Below, piece by piece: positions 48,138-58,478 of a DNA stretch of 64,000 nt. Source of the DNA: Terriglobia bacterium (GTDB lineage Bacteria; Acidobacteriota; Terriglobia; 20CM-2-55-15); the NCBI GenBank assembly GCA_963664115.2, contig CAXWPJ010000010.1, forward strand, positions 64,001 through 128,000. Reading direction: 5' to 3'. The translations under genes were made by a program, and so were the position numbers. The notes under the pieces were generated by a model. That model saw only the letters and a list, made by a program, of their open reading frames with translations. It was not told the origin of the DNA and made no database searches. Numbering within the stretch: position 1 is the stretch's first letter; every line of letters begins with the position of its first letter.

Positions 48138-49598
48138 TACTACTGTGTTACAAACGAAGCGGCCCACAGAGCGGACAGCACGGGAGCTGCTGGATGAGGA
48201 ATCGTGCGATGCGAACGCGAAGTGAGGCGATCGAGCACGGATTATGTCGCTCGGGCCGGATCCGGGGCTCCGCGGGGTTTGAAGTGTCTGGGGAGTTGGG
48301 GGACGGATAGTCCAACATGCGTGACAAATGCAGAGGGGGAAAAACGGTTCCGCTCAGCGACCAGGAACCCATAAGCTGCGATGCATAAAGCGCCATGGTG
48401 GTGAAATCCACGCCAGCCGCGACCTTCGTAATGGCCCAGTCCGAGTTCCTGCTTGAGTTCCTGATAGTCGCGTTCGATGATCCAGCGATGCTTGGCCCGA
48501 TAGACCAGATTTGAAAGAGAGGTATTGGTCTCGAGACTGGAGAGCCAGTATTGAACCGGTTCGGATTCGGTCTTGGGCCATTCGATCAACAACCATTCTT
48601 CCGGATGGGGCTCGTGGCGCTCATGATCGCGATGAGCCGTGCGAATCCGGATTGCGGCGAAGCGGGAGCGCAACGTGTCGGCCGTGCCTTCGCGCCAGGA
48701 CACGTTCTTCCATTTTTGTCGAGGCAAGGAGAGAGCCAGTTGTTTGACCGAAACAGGACGATGCTTCTTGTGACGCCTCAACAGCGTCGGCGGGCGTCCC
48801 TGGCCGGTCCACGACTTCTTGGGCAGGGGTTGCCGACCGGGCTCCCAGACCGAGGTCGAGGATTGGATGCCAACCACATAAGGCAGCCCCAGTGCGGTAA
48901 TCGTCGCGCGAAACTTACTGTCGTTGCCGTAGGCGGCATCGGCCAACACGGGAGCCGTCCCCACACCGTCCGCAATCGCCTGTCGGATTTGGTCCAGAGC
49001 AATCGCAATCTTGGTCTGGAATCCAACAGCATCCGGGACACCGGTCTTCTTGCGGCGTTCGGCATCGTTCGCCCAAAGCTTCGGCAGGTACAGCCGCCAT
49101 GCCACGGGCAGACTCGATTTCGCCGTCGCTAACTGACCGCCACCCGGCAGTTCTCCTGTTTGCCGACCTGTCCACAGTATTGCCGGGCCACGCCTACCGA
49201 GTGGGTCCCCTTCTTCACGAATCCGGTGTCGTCGACAATCCACGATTCAATCGGACCGTGCGCTTCCATCCCCGGCAACGTCGACTCCCGGACTTGTCGC
49301 AATATGGCCGCATCCTCCCAGGGGGCATCGGCCACCAGGTGATGCAACGACTGATGCATTCGGCGCACATTATCCGGAGCCAATCGCGCCGCCATCGGCT
49401 CCACGCTCTTGCGCTTGATTGGCAGCAGCAATCCCTTGCAGTACCACTTCAGCGGTTCATGACGGTCGGCGTGTCCGGCGGCCGACGCCAGGCGTTCCAT
49501 ATAGGCCGCAAAACGTTCTTCCTGAGTGCCTGGCGCCTTCGTTTTGGCGCTCATGTGCCAATGCTAACACAAGCTCGTCATTTTGTAACACAGTAGTA
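48138..49598 (-). mobile_element. IS701-family insertion sequence
   Basis: Perfect IR TAGTACTACTGTGTTACAAA (48135..48154) / TTTGTAACACAGTAGTACTA (49582..49601); flanked by TTAG and CTAG. Confidence 0.88.
48242..49554 (-). pseudogene. Frameshifted IS701-family transposase
   Basis: RKSVEPMA and DDTGFVKKGTHSVGVARQYCG in one frame; a stop near 49130; continues as LPVAWRLYLP, DAAYG and RWIIERDYQELK in another frame. Confidence 0.87.
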
Positions 49599-49602
49599 CT
49601 AG

Positions 49603-51087
49603 CAGCCCGTGGTGAAAGTCAGTTTCATAGTATTTAGAAGAAGGACCGGATGCGACCATATCGCGAGGAACATTGAGGTAAGGAGACCGCGCTATGGGAA
49701 TGGGACGAAGAAAGGACCGACAGGAGACGTTGTGGGTGGCGACGGCGGAGTTGCCGCGAACCGCGGGCCACGTGTTCTATGAACGGGTGAACCGAATCCT
49801 GAATGAGACGAATTTCGACCGGTTCGTCGAGGATGCCTGCGAGAAGTTCTACGCCGCAGTGATGGGTCGGCCGAGCCTGGCACCGGGCAGGTATTTTCGG
49901 ATGCTGCTGGTCGGCTACTTTGAAGGGATCGATTCGGAGCGGGGAATCGCATGGCGGTGTGCCGATTCTCTGAGCTTGCGGGAATTTCTGGGATTGGGAC
50001 TGAGCGACGCGGTGGCGGATCATTCGACGGTGTCGCGAACCCGACGGCTGATCGATCTGGAAACGCATGGAAAGGTTTTTTCGTGGATGTTGGGCGTGTT
50101 GGCCAGTGAGGGCCTGATCGATGGGAAGACGGTGGGCGTGGATGCATCGACGCTGGAGGCGAATGCGGCGATGCGAACGATCGTGAGACGGGATACCGGA
50201 GAAGCCTACAACGAGTTCCTGACACGGCTGGCGCAGGCGTCGGGCATTGAGACTCCGACCCAGGCCGAGCGGGCCCGGCTGGACCGAAAGCGCACGAAGA
50301 AGGGATCGAACAAAGAGTGGGAACATCCCCACGACCCGGACGCGCGAATCACGAAGATGAAGGACGGCCGGACTGATCTGGCGCACAAGGTCGCACATGC
50401 CGCCGACATGAAGACCGGGGCCATCCTGGCAGTCACCGTGCAGGGCACCGACCAGGGCGACACGACGACGATCAAAGAGACGATGATCGAAGCGGCTCGT
50501 CAGATGGAGACACTGGCGGCCGATCCTGAATCGAAGTTGCGGGATGATTGCCTCTCCGAAATCGTGGCCGATAAGGGATATCACAGTAACGATACGCTGA
50601 CCGGTTTCAGGGACCTCAATATGCGCAGCTACATCTCGGAGCCGGACCGGGGCCGGCGCAACTGGAAAGGCAAGCCCGACGAACAAAAGGCCGTCTATGC
50701 GAACCGGCGGCGGATCCGGGGTGAGCGGGGCAAGCGGTTACTCCGACAGCGGGGACTGATGTTGGAACAACCGTTTGCGCACACGCTGGAAACTGGCGCA
50801 ATGCGTCGGGTTCACCTGCGACATCGCGACAACATTCTCAAGCGTGTTCTGATTCAGTACGCTGCGTTGAATCTGAGCCTGATTCTTCGGAACAATTTCG
50901 GGAATGGCACACCGCGAGGCCTTCAGGGCCAGCATGTCACTGCCTTGTTCACCCTGATACTGCTCTGGAGCCACTATGCAACGCTCTCTTTCGATCGTCA
51001 CCGCTCCCGAAACGATTTCGCAGCCGATCCTTCCCGGAACACTCCTGTGAATTCCGGCTCAAAATATGCCACTTCTGCCACGGGCTG
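49603..51087 (+). mobile_element. IS1182/IS5-like insertion sequence
   Basis: IRs CAGCCCGTGGTGAAAGT / ACTTCTGCCACGGGCTG; no clear target duplication. Confidence 0.82.
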
Positions 51088-51088
51088 A
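49694..51088 (+). CDS. IS1182-like DDE transposase (464 aa)
   Basis: GRPSLAP, SERGIAWR, DHSTVSRTR, VDASTLEANA, DPDARI and VADKGY. Confidence 0.88.
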   Translation: MGMGRRKDRQETLWVATAELPRTAGHVFYERVNRILNETNFDRFVEDACEKFYAAVMGRPSLAPGRYFRMLLVGYFEGIDSERGIAWRCADSLSLREFLGLGLSDAVADHSTVSRTRRLIDLETHGKVFSWMLGVLASEGLIDGKTVGVDASTLEANAAMRTIVRRDTGEAYNEFLTRLAQASGIETPTQAERARLDRKRTKKGSNKEWEHPHDPDARITKMKDGRTDLAHKVAHAADMKTGAILAVTVQGTDQGDTTTIKETMIEAARQMETLAADPESKLRDDCLSEIVADKGYHSNDTLTGFRDLNMRSYISEPDRGRRNWKGKPDEQKAVYANRRRIRGERGKRLLRQRGLMLEQPFAHTLETGAMRRVHLRHRDNILKRVLIQYAALNLSLILRNNFGNGTPRGLQGQHVTALFTLILLWSHYATLSFDRHRSRNDFAADPSRNTPVNSGSKYATSATG

Positions 51089-51427
51089 TAAGCAAAGTCA
51101 CCAGACCTTTCTCCTATTCGACATAATTGCCCAGATGGACACCTGAAGACGTGGTAGTCGCTCAAGTCGAAAACGCGGACGGTATCCGAGTTCATCCAAT
51201 CAGTGACCCCCACTGACGCTACGCTCCATCCACTGACGCCTAGGCTCTGCCTTGTTGTCCATTCGCACCGGGGAAGCAGTGGGGTTCGTATGGGGACCCA
51301 TCGACAGGCAGGTGTGTCCAATAGGCTTCGCAATCAGGATGATGGTGAGAGTCGCCGGTCGTTCGGACAGGTTGTCCGAATGAACGAGGGAGCGAAATCC
51401 TTGATCGCGAAATTTGGAATCAGAACT

Positions 51428-52561
51428 CTAACGTGGGGCAATCGAGAAGGTGAGCGATTCGGTTTCACCGACGGCTTCGGTCTCGTCAACTTCAAAGACG
51501 TCGACTTCGAACAGGCCGTTCAGAGCGTTGCCGGCCAGGTCTTCCAGTTCGGCTCCGGCGACCAACTCGTAGTTACCCGCTTCCCAAGGATCATCCGGAA
51601 CGAACAGCCATCGTGTTTCATCATCGCGAATTTCCACGCTTCCCTCAAGCGTGTCTCCCTGAGGGTTAACGATAGCAATCAGTCCATCCAAGAGTCCATG
51701 ATCCAGGGGTTCGGGAAACGTGACCCTCACCGGCGCTTTGGTCCCGGCATCCGGTACATCGAGACGCCACGTCGATACGTCAGGGGCGACATCGTCGAAG
51801 GGACCGGCACGAAAGGTCTTCCGGAATTCGCTCTCAAGTGGCTGTCTGTTCGCATCTCTCCACTCCCTTCCGATAACGAGAGTATAAGTACGGCCGGGGA
51901 CAAGCGCCCTTCCCTCTTCCAGGTTCGGTACCAGGCCAGTCTTAATACGCCCGGGATCGAACAGGATCGTGAACCGACGGAAATCGCGCGTCCACAGCTC
52001 CTGGTCCAACTCCAGAAATGCGAGCTGGACTTCCGCACCTTCTGCATCGAGCAAACGGATATTGCGGTACGCTTCGCCACGTGACATCGAAGCGGAAAAA
52101 TGGATGTAGAGCTTCAACTGGTTTTCCGGCAGCACGTTCGTCGAAGGGTATACGTGCTCCACGACGGTGGGTGGCGTCTCGGGGCGAGCTACGTCAAACG
52201 TAAGGGTCGAGGACGAACCCGGCAGGTCAACTGCCCCGGGATCGACAACCACCCGATACGACACACCTGGAGCCGGGGGGTAACGCGGTTCGAAAACAAG
52301 CGCTCCGGCCTCCACACTGTAGGAACCCGTGACGGCAGGGAGTTGCCCCGTCGAGTTGCCACCCGAGACGTCCACGTACACAGCGAACAACCGGACTTGG
52401 TCCTCCCCTGAGAGTTCCGTAGCCCGCCTTACGTCATCCCAGTTGACGACGCGGAAAGTCGCGCCATCGAAACGGATCTCCTGAGCCGAAGCTGTGGGTG
52501 TCAGCGAGAAAGCCGTCGCCAGACAGACGAATACTGAGAGGAATGCGCGGTGATGGATCAC
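51428..52561 (-). CDS. Secreted hypothetical protein with Ig-like domains
   Basis: Signal peptide; YPS..VLPENQLKLYIHFS, FDPGRIKTG and LEDLAGN. Confidence 0.8.
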   Translation of the reverse strand: MIHHRAFLSVFVCLATAFSLTPTASAQEIRFDGATFRVVNWDDVRRATELSGEDQVRLFAVYVDVSGGNSTGQLPAVTGSYSVEAGALVFEPRYPPAPGVSYRVVVDPGAVDLPGSSSTLTFDVARPETPPTVVEHVYPSTNVLPENQLKLYIHFSASMSRGEAYRNIRLLDAEGAEVQLAFLELDQELWTRDFRRFTILFDPGRIKTGLVPNLEEGRALVPGRTYTLVIGREWRDANRQPLESEFRKTFRAGPFDDVAPDVSTWRLDVPDAGTKAPVRVTFPEPLDHGLLDGLIAIVNPQGDTLEGSVEIRDDETRWLFVPDDPWEAGNYELVAGAELEDLAGNALNGLFEVDVFEVDETEAVGETESLTFSIAPR

Positions 52562-52628
52562 GATTTTCGGTAGACGGCGCGGGCCTTGAAAGACCCGCGC
52601 CGTGGGAGTCGAGAGTTCCCTGATTCGA

Positions 52629-53723
52629 TTACGGCAGCGCGATCGTCTGCAGATTCATCGAACCGCTATTCGCGCGGGTCAGGATCAAGGCCAGCCCGGC
52701 ACCCAACTGATCGAGTTGTTCCACGTCATCCAGGTCAAGGGTCTCGTACGGTACGCCCGCAGTCGCTGAACTTCTCAGCGGAGCGCCGATGTGTTCGTAA
52801 CCGTTCAGGCCCTGGGCCGACATCTTCATAACGCCGCGACTGCTGTTGCTCATCAGGATATGATCGGCTCCGCCCTTGCTATAGATGATCATATCGAGCG
52901 GCCGATTCCCGCTGCCCAACTCAGCGATCGTGTGGCCCAGAATCTTCTGCCCGGGCTGCAGGTCGGCGACCGCGAACGTCACCAGGGGCGTGCAGGTGTA
53001 GGCAGCCAGAATGTGGGGCTCGTTGTCGATCGTGTAGGGTACGAAAGTCCGGACTGGGGAGTTGGTCTCCAGGCGGCCGTGGTTGCCGTGGAAGATTTCC
53101 ACACTGGTTCCATCATCGACGCTATCGAACGGAAATGGGATGGACCGCAGCTTGGAAGAAAATTCTTCGTTGGACAGGCCGGCGATGAATACGCGTCCGT
53201 CAACGAACGCCAGGTCTGTAATCGTCTGCAACCGCGCCCGCGACGCCTGGCCCGCGCCCTGTTCCGGCGCGTTCGGCAGCATCACTTTGGAGTGGGCGAC
53301 GTTGTCGAGAGAGAGTTCGTCGATGGAACCGCTGGCAGTCACGCGAAGAATGACCGGCATCGCATCCGGTCCCGTTCCGCGGGAAACGGAGAGGTAGACG
53401 TTTTTCGAGATCGGGTTGACGGCCATGTCGTTGATCAGAATCTGATCAGGCGCCGTGCCGAGCATGGCGGCAACCTGCATGTCGATTCCCTGAATGTCGA
53501 CTCTTTGGGCAGCACCGGCAGTATTGTCGCCCGTGTCTATCGCATAAACGGCGGCACCCATCGAGTCGCCGACGAAGAGAATCCCTTCCGGGCCAAAGGT
53601 CAGAATGCCGGCCGACTGCAACTCGGCTTTGCCGGTCTGCAGGCTGTCCGTGTACTGCGCGGTCGCGGGAACCGCAAACAGGGCCACGATGCACAGAACG
53701 CTTAGGATTGTGCGTGATTGCAT
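52629..53723 (-). CDS. Secreted hypothetical protein, possibly beta-propeller-like
   Basis: Signal peptide; FGPEGILFVGDS, GLSNEEFSS, EIFHGNHGRLET and AAYTCTPLV; AGGAGG RBS. Confidence 0.82.
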   Translation of the reverse strand: MQSRTILSVLCIVALFAVPATAQYTDSLQTGKAELQSAGILTFGPEGILFVGDSMGAAVYAIDTGDNTAGAAQRVDIQGIDMQVAAMLGTAPDQILINDMAVNPISKNVYLSVSRGTGPDAMPVILRVTASGSIDELSLDNVAHSKVMLPNAPEQGAGQASRARLQTITDLAFVDGRVFIAGLSNEEFSSKLRSIPFPFDSVDDGTSVEIFHGNHGRLETNSPVRTFVPYTIDNEPHILAAYTCTPLVTFAVADLQPGQKILGHTIAELGSGNRPLDMIIYSKGGADHILMSNSSRGVMKMSAQGLNGYEHIGAPLRSSATAGVPYETLDLDDVEQLDQLGAGLALILTRANSGSMNLQTIALP

Positions 53724-53872
53724 TATTTTCCTCCTGGAAAATGGTTGATGAAATATGGCTATATCTCTGTTCTTAAAGGCAGAAGGATGTCATCCGTGCA
53801 CGGGCGAGTCAAGTTCTAAAGACTCTCAGGCTTCGTGGTCCGAACACTGACGACAAGCCTGCAGCGTTTCCA

Positions 53873-54325
53873 TTAAACCCGCTGATAGTCGCCCTGCCAG
53901 TCGTGCACCATCTTCTTTATCGCCGTAGAGTTCTGGATGTCCTCGTTTACGATCTTTCTCAGCAGAGCAGGCAGCTCCGCATCCGAGGCGAAACGAATTC
54001 CAATAAGTTGTTTCATTGCAAGCTTTTGAATATCCGCTTGCTGCTCCGTGGGCAGGATCTGCCGCAGTCGCTGGTGCATTTCAGCGCGAATAATTCTATC
54101 CTGCAATTTCAGGGCATAGATACGGACGAGTCCGACCCCGACGAAGCTGCCGACACAATTGAGCAACACGCCGGCACCGACGAGATACGGGCCCACACTA
54201 CGGCCCTCAAAAAACAGTCCCACACAAGCTGCAACGAAACCCGTCAGAATGAGTAGGAGGGCCAAAAGCCACGAACTGGGCCGGACTGTATGATTTTCGA
54301 AATTCTGCGGAACTTGGTCTGCCAT
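53873..54325 (-). CDS. DUF6526-like membrane protein
   Basis: QNFENH, LQDRIIRAE, RFASDAEL and W.GDYQRV. Confidence 0.75.
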   Translation of the reverse strand: MADQVPQNFENHTVRPSSWLLALLLILTGFVAACVGLFFEGRSVGPYLVGAGVLLNCVGSFVGVGLVRIYALKLQDRIIRAEMHQRLRQILPTEQQADIQKLAMKQLIGIRFASDAELPALLRKIVNEDIQNSTAIKKMVHDWQGDYQRV

Positions 54326-54626
54326 GAAAGTGTCTCCTTTTGAATCCATTTGAATCCATCGCATGGACGGCGGTTCCTCGCGAATCTGGGGTCAACGGAC
54401 CACGATCAAATTCGCTATGAACATCTGCCGATTGTCCAAACTCAAAGCCGATGGTAAAGCATCGCTGCAATCGCTCCGCACGACGCACCTCAACTCTGGA
54501 ATATAGCTATTGAAGGCCGGTGCGAACAACGTCCTTAGCCCGTGCCTCAGTGCAAGTTTATGATCGATGCGATTACGATGATCACTCGGCCGACTTTGGC
54601 CAGCGATTCCTTCAGAGTCATAGAGC

Positions 54627-55517
54627 GTGAGTCCGGAAAGAACAATAAGCGAGACCCGGCGAGGCTACGTCCAACTCTGCGTTGGCGCGGCGCTGATCAG
54701 CTTTTCTGCGGTATGGGTTCAGCAAGCCGACCTTGGGCCTACCATATCGGGCTTCTATCGGAATCTTTTCGGCGGCATATTCCTGCTGTTCCTCGTGATT
54801 TTCAGGAGAGAAGCCCTGTGGCGAGGGGGGCGTCCCTTCCTGGTGGCGCTCGCCGCGTCGGTTTTCTTCGCGGCAGATCTCAGTTTCTGGCACCGTTCGA
54901 TCCTGTTCGTCGGGCCCGGGTTGGCGACGCTGATCGCCAATTTTCAGGTCTTTTTTCTGGCGGGCGTTGGAACTCTGGTCTTCAAAGAGGCTTTGGGATG
55001 GCGTTTTCTGATTTCGATTCCATTAGCGGTGACCGGACTGTTCATGGTGGTTGGAATCGACTGGAACGCGCTCGGGGCCAACTATCAACTGGGTGTTTAT
55101 CTTGGGCTGGCTTCGGCGCTCGCCTATGCGCTTTACCTGCTGGTCTTGCGTAAATCCCAGTCCGACACTCCTCGGCTGTCGGCATCAGCCAACCTGTTGA
55201 TCATTTCGTTCGTTGTCGCCGCGATCATGGGCGCAGAGGCTTATGTGCTGGGCGAAAGCTTCCGTATTCCCAACCTCTCGAGTTGGGTCTCCATGGCCGC
55301 TTATGGAATTTTCAGTCATGGTCTGGGCTGGATTGCCATCAGCCGTGGAATCGCGAAGATGGACGCATCGCGCGCCGGGTTGATCCTGCTGTCGCAGCCG
55401 ACGCTGACCTTCGTTTGGGACAGACTCTTTTTCGGAAGAGTCATGAGCCTCACCGCTATCAGTGGCGTGGCCCTGGCGCTGGGAGCTATCTACCTGGGAA
55501 GTACGCGGAATCGCTAA
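54627..55517 (+). CDS. DMT/EamA-family transporter
   Basis: About 10 hydrophobic segments in two repeats. Confidence 0.88.
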   Translation: MSPERTISETRRGYVQLCVGAALISFSAVWVQQADLGPTISGFYRNLFGGIFLLFLVIFRREALWRGGRPFLVALAASVFFAADLSFWHRSILFVGPGLATLIANFQVFFLAGVGTLVFKEALGWRFLISIPLAVTGLFMVVGIDWNALGANYQLGVYLGLASALAYALYLLVLRKSQSDTPRLSASANLLIISFVVAAIMGAEAYVLGESFRIPNLSSWVSMAAYGIFSHGLGWIAISRGIAKMDASRAGLILLSQPTLTFVWDRLFFGRVMSLTAISGVALALGAIYLGSTRNR

Positions 55518-55925
55518 GAGCCGCAAACGTGACCCTTTCGGCACCTGACTTAATCGGCTTTCAATATATCGGTTTCGGGCGGCTCCTGGCAGGCCGTCCA
55601 TACAACGCATGCGACCTCGCCACTATTACCTGAATGTGTAAGCAATACCGACGATGATGGCGTAGAACAATCCGCCATTCCAATCCGGTCGGAGCGTGCG
55701 GTCAACGTGCCAATGCGACTGAGTTACGGGCTTATGGACTTGTCAGATTGACCGTGCGGAGCAACGCGCCCTAACGCCCAAACCAGGCCAGAAATATGTC
55801 GCGGCGAGATTAAGTGCCGGCCCGTTTGTCGCCTTCGACCGCCGGCAAACCTCGCCAGTTACCTGTCAAAACGAAATCGTTCACTCCGAACGTTATCCAC
55901 TCCGGACTCAGTGCATGTCGAAGCG

Positions 55926-57281
55926 TCATTTGCTTCCTCCGGAGCCGGACACCCCGGCCACCTCACCCGATTCCGGATCATAGTGAAACGTCGCACTTCT
56001 ATACTCCTCATTGATCTCCAAATTGCCAGGTCCGATCTTGACGTCGACCCCCGGATAGGCATTCTTGCGAATCTTGATGAAGCACTCTTTCAGGTCGGGG
56101 TTTCCCGCCTGTAACCTAGCCAGTTCTTCAGTTCTCTTTTCTTGCATCGAAAGCTCAGTCGAAAGAAGCTTTTCCATGTGCTCGATTCGCTCTGGAGAAA
56201 CCGGCTCTTTGATTTTTTTGATCTTCGCCTGAACGGACTCTCCCTCCTGGATTCGGTCCAACAGCTTGGCCGCTTCCAGTCTCTTAGTCGGATCAACTCC
56301 AGCGCTCAGCACCGTCCGACGCCCATTGAGGTCTCCGGCAACGCCCACCTCAATATTTTTCTGGGCTATCAGAGAACCACCGACCACCCTGCCTGTTGCG
56401 GGCGTCGTGATGCTGGTCTTAGATAAGACGGTACTGTGAAGGACTTCCTTCAAGATCGAGACATCGCCATCACATTCCACATACGAGTTGCTGATGTAGG
56501 CGACTTTGACGTTTCCCTTCGCCGTTACACGACTGTCCCGTATGAGCCCCTGGCGGACGACCACGTCACCGCCCGCGATCACTTCGGCACCATCGACAAC
56601 GCCGCCGATAGTCACGTCGCCACCCGCGCGGATATGAAATTCAGGAAGGACGTCACCTTCCACACGCACCGAACCTTCGCATTCAATGCTTCCCAGATCG
56701 AAATCCAGATTTCCGGGGACCCGTATGACTTCGGCCACCTCGATGCGGTCGTCCGTTCGGCGCAGGTCACCGTCGCGCGTCGCACGCAATTCGGTTCCCC
56801 CGGCAACGACGCTGGCTCCTTCGCCGGCGTTCAGGGCAGCGCGTTCACCGGCTCGGGCCGGGATGACCCCACCACAGACATTCTTCCCGACCGTTCCGGA
56901 AGTGTGCGGGACAATTTTGGCTATGAGTTGGCCCTTTTCGACGAATGTGAAGGATCCACGGTTATGAAAATCGATGACACCCGAATCGTTGGCCACGCCG
57001 ATCGCATCTCGGTGGGATTCGATGATCATCCGGACCGACCCTACCTCCCCATCGACCTGGAGGGTCCCACGAGCGACCGCCAGGCGAACGGGACGGCCCG
57101 GGGGCCCTTCGTTGATGAGTTGGACCAGTTCCTCACAGGACTCGTCGCTGACACCGTGACTGACGCCAGCGGTCTCTAATGCGGCCTTGATCGCAGAAAC
57201 ATCGACCGCCTCGTCCTCGGAGGTCTTGACCTCGGCGACGGCCTCCATCTTGTCGTGGCTGATTCTGATGTTTATCGACAT
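55926..57281 (-). CDS. FapA (DUF342) family protein
   Basis: VEKGQLIAK, G.NV.G, GSVRVEGDV, I.AGGDV repeats and YPGV.VKIG. Confidence 0.85.
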   Translation of the reverse strand: MSINIRISHDKMEAVAEVKTSEDEAVDVSAIKAALETAGVSHGVSDESCEELVQLINEGPPGRPVRLAVARGTLQVDGEVGSVRMIIESHRDAIGVANDSGVIDFHNRGSFTFVEKGQLIAKIVPHTSGTVGKNVCGGVIPARAGERAALNAGEGASVVAGGTELRATRDGDLRRTDDRIEVAEVIRVPGNLDFDLGSIECEGSVRVEGDVLPEFHIRAGGDVTIGGVVDGAEVIAGGDVVVRQGLIRDSRVTAKGNVKVAYISNSYVECDGDVSILKEVLHSTVLSKTSITTPATGRVVGGSLIAQKNIEVGVAGDLNGRRTVLSAGVDPTKRLEAAKLLDRIQEGESVQAKIKKIKEPVSPERIEHMEKLLSTELSMQEKRTEELARLQAGNPDLKECFIKIRKNAYPGVDVKIGPGNLEINEEYRSATFHYDPESGEVAGVSGSGGSK

Positions 57282-57515
57282 CGGCAGGCCAATCGTATCG
57301 CACTGAGAGGGAATCGTAAAAACTCCGCGCCGGAGCTGAAGAACGAAAAATCAGGCACTGGCATCGATTTCCGTGAGTTAGAAATTCGGCGTTTAACAGT
57401 CTTGCCATGGTCCGATCCGTTCATCCCGGCCGACGATGGCCAAAGGCTGCGGCCCATACCCTCGGGCAAGATCGGAATCCGGAGCAAACAGGAGGGTGCC
57501 CACCCCATAGCAACG

Positions 57516-58352
57516 CTACTTCTTCGCCCCACCCTTAACGTCATCAACGGGCGCGAGCCGTGAGACCTTTTCGTGAGCACTCCGAAAAGCGTTGATCACA
57601 GTCGCCCGGAATTTTCCTTCCTCCATCACAAGGAGCGCTTCGGCCGTGATACCTCCGGGCGTGATGACTTCCTGCTGAAATTGAGCGAGTGCGCGGTCGC
57701 TGGCAGCGTTCCTAAGTTCCACCGTGCCCCGAAGCAGCGACAGAATGCCGCGCTCCGCCAGATCGTGCGGCATCCCCTGGGTCACCATCGCGCGCGTCAA
57801 GGCCTGGACGAATTCAATAACGAGTGCGGGCCCCGAACCGACGCCGACGATCGCGATATCCAAAAAGGATTCCTCGTCGCATTCGATTTCGTCACCCCAG
57901 ATACTCACGATCTTCGCAGCACGGTCCCGGGCATCAGACGTCACATCCGGACCGGCGATCCAGTAAGTCGTTGCCGCACCGACGCCGACACAGATGTTCG
58001 TGCTGGTACGGACGACGTTCGGAACACCCAACTGTCTTTGCATCGTCCCGAGATTCAGTCCGGTGACCACGGAGATGACAAGCGCATCGTCGCGGATCTT
58101 ATCTTTCAGTTCGGCGCTCACCGGTTCAAAAAACTTCGGCTTGACCGCGAGCACGACTATTTCCGCGTTATCAACGGCCTCAGCGTTGTCTGTGAGGATC
58201 CGGGCCTGTGGCAGGGCACGTTCCACCTCCGCAAGGCGTCTGGGTTCTACTCGACACAACCGGAGGTTCTCAGCTTTGCAAACCCCCTCGCCAACAAATC
58301 GCTGCGCGATCATCAGGCCCATGGTTCCGGGCCCGATCACGGCTACTTCCAT
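57516..58352 (-). CDS. proC: Pyrroline-5-carboxylate reductase
   Basis: IGPGTMG, VLAVKP, GSGPA and VITPGGIT. Confidence 0.88.
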   Translation of the reverse strand: MEVAVIGPGTMGLMIAQRFVGEGVCKAENLRLCRVEPRRLAEVERALPQARILTDNAEAVDNAEIVVLAVKPKFFEPVSAELKDKIRDDALVISVVTGLNLGTMQRQLGVPNVVRTSTNICVGVGAATTYWIAGPDVTSDARDRAAKIVSIWGDEIECDEESFLDIAIVGVGSGPALVIEFVQALTRAMVTQGMPHDLAERGILSLLRGTVELRNAASDRALAQFQQEVITPGGITAEALLVMEEGKFRATVINAFRSAHEKVSRLAPVDDVKGGAKK

Positions 58353-58478
58353 CGCAATACTCCTCAGTCAGGTTTCGGCACGTATTCCTATCTTAGCAGT
58401 CCCTGCCATGAGTCTGCGAGTTCACCCCGACGATGCTTCCGAGCCATGGACACCAGGGGGGGGGCGTAAAATATATCG

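Noticed and set aside
49100-49140. Programmed frameshift in the IS701 transposase
   Set aside because: No slippery run at the junction and residues appear to be missing (VAVS/LAT), which fits a small deletion.
55698-55714. Sigma54-like TGGCACG..CCGC on the minus strand
   Set aside because: Poor -12 box and no downstream gene on that strand.
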